64,000 bases of DNA from assembly GCA_965209085.1 (NCBI GenBank), contig OZ242376.1, forward strand, positions 1 through 64,000, read 5' to 3'. Numbering within the stretch: position 1 is the stretch's first letter; each line of letters starts with the position of its first letter. The DNA is from Nitrosopumilaceae archaeon. GTDB taxonomy: Archaea > Thermoproteota > Nitrososphaeria > Nitrososphaerales > Nitrosopumilaceae. This document shows, in pieces, positions 58,955-64,000 of this stretch. Both the position numbers and the translations under genes were made by a program. Below the pieces are notes generated by a model. It saw only the letters and a program-made list of their open reading frames with translations. It did not search any database and was not told the DNA's origin.

Positions 58955-59296
58955 TTATCGGAGCGTATTGTGAAAACACGTACCCTGACCCGTATGACAG
59001 GCAGGACCGGACGGTTTTACCAGATATACTAGGGCATCAAAATCACAGTCCACGAGTATCTCTTTTATTTTCTGAGTGTTGCCGGATTCCTCACCCTTCA
59101 TCCACAGTTTGTTTCTAGATCTGCTCCAAAACCAGGAATTGCCGGTTTTTTTGGCAAGATCCAATGCCTCCTTGTTGGCATATGCTAGAGTGAGAACTTT
59201 GAGTGTGTCAGCATCCTGCACTATTACCGGTACAATGCCGCCGCTTTTTTTAAAATCAATCTCTCCGACTTTTTTTTCCATACAAAAAACAGACAA
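58955..59296 (-). CDS. hisI: Phosphoribosyl-AMP cyclohydrolase
   Basis: WMKGEESGN, DCDFD, ACHTG..CF. Confidence 0.94.
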   Translation of the reverse strand: MSVFCMEKKVGEIDFKKSGGIVPVIVQDADTLKVLTLAYANKEALDLAKKTGNSWFWSRSRNKLWMKGEESGNTQKIKEILVDCDFDALVYLVKPSGPACHTGQGTCFHNTLR

Positions 59297-59303
59297 TTAT
59301 CCG

Positions 59304-60122
59304 TTATAACATTTTATCGTATACGGGTCTTATGGATATGCCCTGATCTTTTAGAAACTGTTTTGCCGCACGCAGACCGTATGAATCATAATGAAAGATT
59401 GACGCTGCCAAGGCCGCATCCGCGCCAGAATTTTGCAGTACGTCTGCCATATGCTGCAAAGTGCCGCAGCCTCCTGAAGCGATGACGGGGATGGAAACTG
59501 ATTCAGAAACGGCTTTTGTCAGGGTGATTTCATATCCGTTTTTTGTTCCGTCAGCATCAATGCTTGTTAACAGTATCTCCCCTGCACCCATCATGGCGGC
59601 TTTTTTTGCCCAGGTTATGGCATCGATGCCGGTAGATTTTTTGCCGCCATACATAAAAACTTCGTACCAAAAAGTTTTCCCGTCTTGCTCAAAAGTTGCA
59701 GCACTTTTGGAATCTGTATAGTTGCGTTTTGCATCGATTGCGACAACTATGCACTGTCTGCCAAATATCTCCATTAATTCCGTAAGCAGGTGGGGGTTTT
59801 TCACAGCTCCTGTATTAACTCCCACTTTGTCAGCTCCTGAGAAAAGTATGTCGCGCGCATGCCGGACTTGGCTGACTCCGCCGCCCACGGTAAACGGTAT
59901 GTCTATTACTTTTGCAATATTCTGTACAAGACTCTTTAGCGTTTCTCTGCCCTGCTCTGAGGCAGTTATGTCCAAAAAGACAAGCTCATCTGCCCCATCG
60001 TCGCTGTATTTTTTTGCAAGCTCGACCGGATCGCCTGCATCGCGCAATGATTCAAAGTTTAATCCCTTTACGACGCGTCCATTAGATACGTCCAGACACG
60101 GTATGATCCTCTTTGTCAGCAT
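59304..60122 (-). CDS. hisF: Imidazole glycerol phosphate synthase subunit HisF
   Basis: KRIIPCLD, LAASIFH. Confidence 0.95.
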   Translation of the reverse strand: MLTKRIIPCLDVSNGRVVKGLNFESLRDAGDPVELAKKYSDDGADELVFLDITASEQGRETLKSLVQNIAKVIDIPFTVGGGVSQVRHARDILFSGADKVGVNTGAVKNPHLLTELMEIFGRQCIVVAIDAKRNYTDSKSAATFEQDGKTFWYEVFMYGGKKSTGIDAITWAKKAAMMGAGEILLTSIDADGTKNGYEITLTKAVSESVSIPVIASGGCGTLQHMADVLQNSGADAALAASIFHYDSYGLRAAKQFLKDQGISIRPVYDKML

Positions 60123-60829
60123 TCTGCCAGGGCCTCTCTCACGGTAATCCTGTTTTCGTATAGTGCTTTGCCCAGCATTACAGCAGAGGCTCCGCATTCT
60201 TTTACAAGCCGTACATCTTCTATTCCGGATATTCCACCGCTTGCTATGGTTTTAGCGCCTGTAGCAACCACATCGCGCAAACCTTTGATGTCAGGACCTT
60301 CCAAAGTACCGTCACAGGAGACATTTGTTAAGAGAAAATTGGTAAATCCCATTTGCATAAATTCTTTCACACCGTTTAGCAGCCTTATTCCGGTGCTAGA
60401 CTGCCAGCCGTTTATCATGATGATTCCATCACGGTGATCTACGGATATTGTCAGACGATTTGATCCATATTTGGCGTATGCCTCGCGCAGAGCGGGTTTG
60501 TCCTTGAATGCAAGTGTACCAAGTACGAGTGAATCGGCACACGATGCAACGTTGTTGATAATTTCGGTGTTACGCAAACCTCCTGCAATCTGCACCGGCA
60601 CGTCCACTGCTAGTGCAATCTCCCGGATTATATTCAGATTTGAGCCGCGTGCAAGCGTTGCATCCAAATCCACTATGTGCAACATGTGCGCCCCTTCTTT
60701 GGCCCACCGTTTTGCCATTGCTACAGGGTCATCCCCATATATGGTGGATTCGTTTGGATTGCCTCGCAGCAGTCGCACAACTTTGCCGTCCATTATGTCA
60801 ACTGCGGCTATCGCTTTCATTTTTGACAC
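60116..60829 (-). CDS. hisA: ProFAR isomerase
   Basis: GKVVRL, LHIVDLD, DGTLEG, IASGG. Confidence 0.93.
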   Translation of the reverse strand: MSKMKAIAAVDIMDGKVVRLLRGNPNESTIYGDDPVAMAKRWAKEGAHMLHIVDLDATLARGSNLNIIREIALAVDVPVQIAGGLRNTEIINNVASCADSLVLGTLAFKDKPALREAYAKYGSNRLTISVDHRDGIIMINGWQSSTGIRLLNGVKEFMQMGFTNFLLTNVSCDGTLEGPDIKGLRDVVATGAKTIASGGISGIEDVRLVKECGASAVMLGKALYENRITVREALAEC

Positions 60830-61428
60830 TCCTGCAGAAAATTTTCAAGCATATGTTTTCCCGTTTTACCTGATTTTTCCGGATGAAACTGGGTTCCATA
60901 CAGCGAGCCTGATTCCACGATTGCCGGCACCTGTGTTCCGTAATCCGCCGTTGCCTTTATGATTTTAGGATCTTTAGGATTTACCCTATACGAGTGCACA
61001 AAATACGCCCAAATTTTTTCATCCTTTATTCCCGCCAAAAGTTTTGAATCTCCCTGTATCTCCAGATTGTTCCATCCCATGTGCGGCACTTTTATTGTAT
61101 CCGGCAGCAAAACCACGTCACCTTTGATTGCGGCGAATCCGGGCTCTTTTCCTTCCTGACTCTGCTCAAAATACATCTCCATACCAAGACAAATTCCCAG
61201 CACCGGGACGGATTCTCCGATACTCTCCTGAAATGGAACATTCGAATCTCCGCGTATGTTTTTCATCGCAGGATCAAAATTTCCCACTCCCGGAAGTAAA
61301 AGACCGGACGATTTTTTTGCATCATTTAGATCATGTATTATTTTTACTTCCGCGCCGCTCCTCTCTAGGGCGTTTTTTAAACTGAATATGTTACCTGCGC
61401 CATAATCAAATATCGCCACACGTGGCAA
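60817..61428 (-). CDS. hisH: Imidazole glycerol phosphate synthase subunit HisH
   Basis: GICLG, PHMGWN, QFHPEKS. Confidence 0.95.
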   Translation of the reverse strand: MPRVAIFDYGAGNIFSLKNALERSGAEVKIIHDLNDAKKSSGLLLPGVGNFDPAMKNIRGDSNVPFQESIGESVPVLGICLGMEMYFEQSQEGKEPGFAAIKGDVVLLPDTIKVPHMGWNNLEIQGDSKLLAGIKDEKIWAYFVHSYRVNPKDPKIIKATADYGTQVPAIVESGSLYGTQFHPEKSGKTGKHMLENFLQECQK

Positions 61429-62025
61429 TTAATCCACCATCTTGCCTTTTGTACTTGGAATTCCTTTTTGTTTTGGATCCGCGGACATGGCCTGACGTAG
61501 TGCTACTGCAAGGGATTTTATGGCAGCTTCTACTTTGTGGTGATCGTTCTGACCGTTCTTTACGATCACGTGTATGCAGCTGTTCATGTTTGTCAAAAGC
61601 GATTGGAAAAAATGTTCGAGATCTTCTTTTGAAACTTTTTCAATGCTGGATCGTTTTAATGACAATGAAAGAACAGAATACTGCCGGCGAACCAGATCTA
61701 CGGAAGCTTCTGCCAGTGCCTCATCCATTGGTACTGAAGCGTGTCCAAACCGTGTAATGCCGGATCTGTTGCCAAGTGCCTTGTCGATTGAAGATCCTAT
61801 TGTAATTGCCGCATCTTCGACCAAATGGTGCTCTATGCCGTCTTTTGAGACCGCTTTTATCTTTAGATCCATTAGAGAGTGTTTTGCAAATGAAACTATC
61901 ATGTGATCGACAAAACTGATTCCAGTTGACGCTGAAACCTTGCCTGAACCGTCAAGATTTACGGATACTTCTACGGTTGTTTCGCCGGTTTTACGTTTTA
62001 CTGTTACCTTTCTTGCAGCCATCAT
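61429..62025 (-). CDS. hisB: Imidazoleglycerol-phosphate dehydratase
   Basis: HHLVED, PMDE, NDHHKVE, PSTKG. Confidence 0.95.
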   Translation of the reverse strand: MMAARKVTVKRKTGETTVEVSVNLDGSGKVSASTGISFVDHMIVSFAKHSLMDLKIKAVSKDGIEHHLVEDAAITIGSSIDKALGNRSGITRFGHASVPMDEALAEASVDLVRRQYSVLSLSLKRSSIEKVSKEDLEHFFQSLLTNMNSCIHVIVKNGQNDHHKVEAAIKSLAVALRQAMSADPKQKGIPSTKGKMVD

Positions 62026-62082
62026 GCACCATAAAATTCTACTCGTGGTAGATTTTATGTATTCGCATTACATGTACGGCTA

Positions 62083-62346
62083 TTACGTAAGTGGATAGTT
62101 TTGTATACGCAAAACGGCGTCAAGATTACTGGCTGATTTTGGGTCAGAATTAGGCAATGGAGCCAAGTACAGTATGCGGTTGTTTGTATGGGTTGCTATG
62201 ACAGTACAGTATTCTGTAGGGCACACTAGTATATCTTTCTGCATCCACCATAGTTTATGGTTAATCATCATTTTATAGTACATTGGTTTTAATGACACAG
62301 TTTTGCAGACTGGACACATTTCGTGCTTTTTTACTACTTTTTTCAT
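62083..62346 (-). CDS. Small zinc-ribbon protein
   Basis: CPVC..CPTEYC; start at MKKVV inferred. Confidence 0.5.
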   Translation of the reverse strand: MKKVVKKHEMCPVCKTVSLKPMYYKMMINHKLWWMQKDILVCPTEYCTVIATHTNNRILYLAPLPNSDPKSASNLDAVLRIQNYPLT

Positions 62347-62406
62347 ATAATATATGTAATTTAACATATAATTAAATGGATTTGTTACATAAAATTCGGA
62401 AAATAG

Positions 62407-63465
62407 TTAATATTTTGGCATTTTATTTTCAGATAAATCCGATGTGGCTCCGTTTGTCTTATCTTTGTACTTTGAAAGTGCCAGTTTTACAAGCAAAAAC
62501 CATGTTATGGCTATGGGGATATAGTATGTGGCAACACGCCAGCCGATTACCGACTTCCAAATATCCGAATGTCCAGTGACTTCCAAATTGAATATGTCCG
62601 CGTTTGTAAGATATGCTACAATTCCAAATTCTGCAAGACCTGAGCCTCCCACCGTAATTGGCAGATTTCCTATTGCATTTGCACCCATTACTGCCATTAT
62701 TGAATCAAATGTGCCAACCACATATCCGGTTCCAAGCGTAATTATCAGAAATGAAATGCCGTACAAGATCCATGCAACAATTGATGCAGCAAGCGATACT
62801 AGAAATGTTTTTTTTGCCTTTGCCGTATGCATGTTATTCCGGCTCATTACACATATCTCGCTCATCCAGTTATTTGCCATTTTTACCGTGCTTGTTCCCT
62901 GCTTTTTGGAGATTTTAACCAAAAGATGTTCAACAACTTTGGGAGTTTGGAACGTGCGTTTTGATGATAAAAAGAAGAGTACCACCCACAGTACAGTTAT
63001 TGGTATGCTAGTTCCAAGCACTAAGGCAGATATCACATATGCGCCATTTACCAGTGCAATAATTCCTGCAAGAACTGACAATATTCCAGCTGCAAATACT
63101 TCAGTTACAATATCCAAAATTGCAACCCACATGGCCTGTGATGTTTTTACTTTTTTCTTGTGCAGATAATAAATTACCACAAGTTCTGCTCCTACGAACA
63201 TGGGGGTTGTAAATTTTATAAATTCGCTACCCATACGCACCCCCGTCAGCATTTTGATGCTGTCAAATGATTTTCCGATATAAGTGCGGGCAATGTAGGC
63301 AAATTTTATTCCCTGCAGGGCAAGCTTTGCCACTAGGAGACCCACTGCCCCAATGAACGGCCAAAGACCCACTGCAAGAATATCATCAATGCCTATGTCA
63401 AATTGTATGGCTATTGCCAGTATGGGCACGAGTGTGACAGGTATTACCACTAGTCTCCAGTTCAT
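62407..63465 (-). CDS. Flippase-like (LPG synthase TM/UPF0104) membrane protein
   Basis: Multi-TM; TP..VGAE, PITVGGSGLAE, WRVATYY. Confidence 0.85.
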   Translation of the reverse strand: MNWRLVVIPVTLVPILAIAIQFDIGIDDILAVGLWPFIGAVGLLVAKLALQGIKFAYIARTYIGKSFDSIKMLTGVRMGSEFIKFTTPMFVGAELVVIYYLHKKKVKTSQAMWVAILDIVTEVFAAGILSVLAGIIALVNGAYVISALVLGTSIPITVLWVVLFFLSSKRTFQTPKVVEHLLVKISKKQGTSTVKMANNWMSEICVMSRNNMHTAKAKKTFLVSLAASIVAWILYGISFLIITLGTGYVVGTFDSIMAVMGANAIGNLPITVGGSGLAEFGIVAYLTNADIFNLEVTGHSDIWKSVIGWRVATYYIPIAITWFLLVKLALSKYKDKTNGATSDLSENKMPKY

Positions 63466-63566
63466 GATCTCATGTCCCCCTTTACAAATAAAAGCTAAAG
63501 CCTAGAATACAGATCCCCTCGTACGAGCCGCCCTGTTAAAATACAAGCAATGGGCGTTTAGGAGGG

Positions 63567-64000
63567 TTGAAGGCTATTTTTATCGCTGGCACGGCAGGAT
63601 CTGGCAAGTCAACATTGGTCACAAGGATCAAAGAGCATTATACAAAAAGCGGATCTTTTGCAGCGGCTCTAAATTTGGATCCTGGAATCGAAGATACGCC
63701 GTATGATCCTGATGTGGACATTCGTGATTACATAGACGTGGTTGCCCTGATGAGAAGACACAAGCTTGGTCCAAACGGCGCTCTAATAATGGCAAGTGAT
63801 ATTATGGCATCAAAGCTGGATCTCATACAAAACGAGGTGGACACAATTAATCCTGATTATCTCATAGTAGATACGCCAGGTCAGATAGAGCTTTTTGCAT
63901 ACAGGGACAGCGGACCTTACATTACGGAAAATCTTATTGCCGAAGAAAAAGTTGGAATTTTTATGTATGATGGTAAATTGATTACCAATCCGTCAAATTT
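63567..64000 (+). CDS. GPN-loop GTPase (runs off the window edge)
   Basis: GTAGSGKS, NLDPG, LGPNGA, DTPGQIE. Confidence 0.9.
   Translation, partial: MKAIFIAGTAGSGKSTLVTRIKEHYTKSGSFAAALNLDPGIEDTPYDPDVDIRDYIDVVALMRRHKLGPNGALIMASDIMASKLDLIQNEVDTINPDYLIVDTPGQIELFAYRDSGPYITENLIAEEKVGIFMYDGKLITNPSN

Overview
Archaeal DNA, most likely from an ammonia-oxidising thaumarchaeote (Nitrosopumilales-type), judged from an S-layer-like gene, egsA, PCNA, TFS/RpoL, aCPSF1, proteasome beta, TYW1, archaeal CCA enzyme, BluB/CobJ and a ThiS-MoeB fusion. Most of the window is housekeeping genes (pstSCAB-phoU, hisBHAFI, tRNA modification and metabolic genes) plus five tRNA or tRNA-like genes. Several AT-rich accessory patches interrupt this core (about 0.4-3.5, 6.6-9.3, 10.4-13.3, 17.5-19.0, 20.3-21.0, 29.4-30.2 and 43.7-44.1 kb). 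They hold a SWIM/Zn-ribbon IS6-type transposase with flanking partner genes, an intact 1500-bp IS66 (ISBst12-like) inside a GNAT toxin gene, relics of IS3, IS6, IS110, IS481 and IS66, a 70-bp MITE-like repeat and several pseudogenes. The best leads are (1) the three-gene SWIM-IS6 module, (2) a tRNA with a Ser-like body and a Leu(UAA) anticodon preceded by a hairpin sharing sequence with it, (3) a divergent uS10-like paralogue and (4) several small proteins missed by the ORF track. No CRISPR array or rRNA was seen. All family calls come from motif recognition by eye, not database searches.
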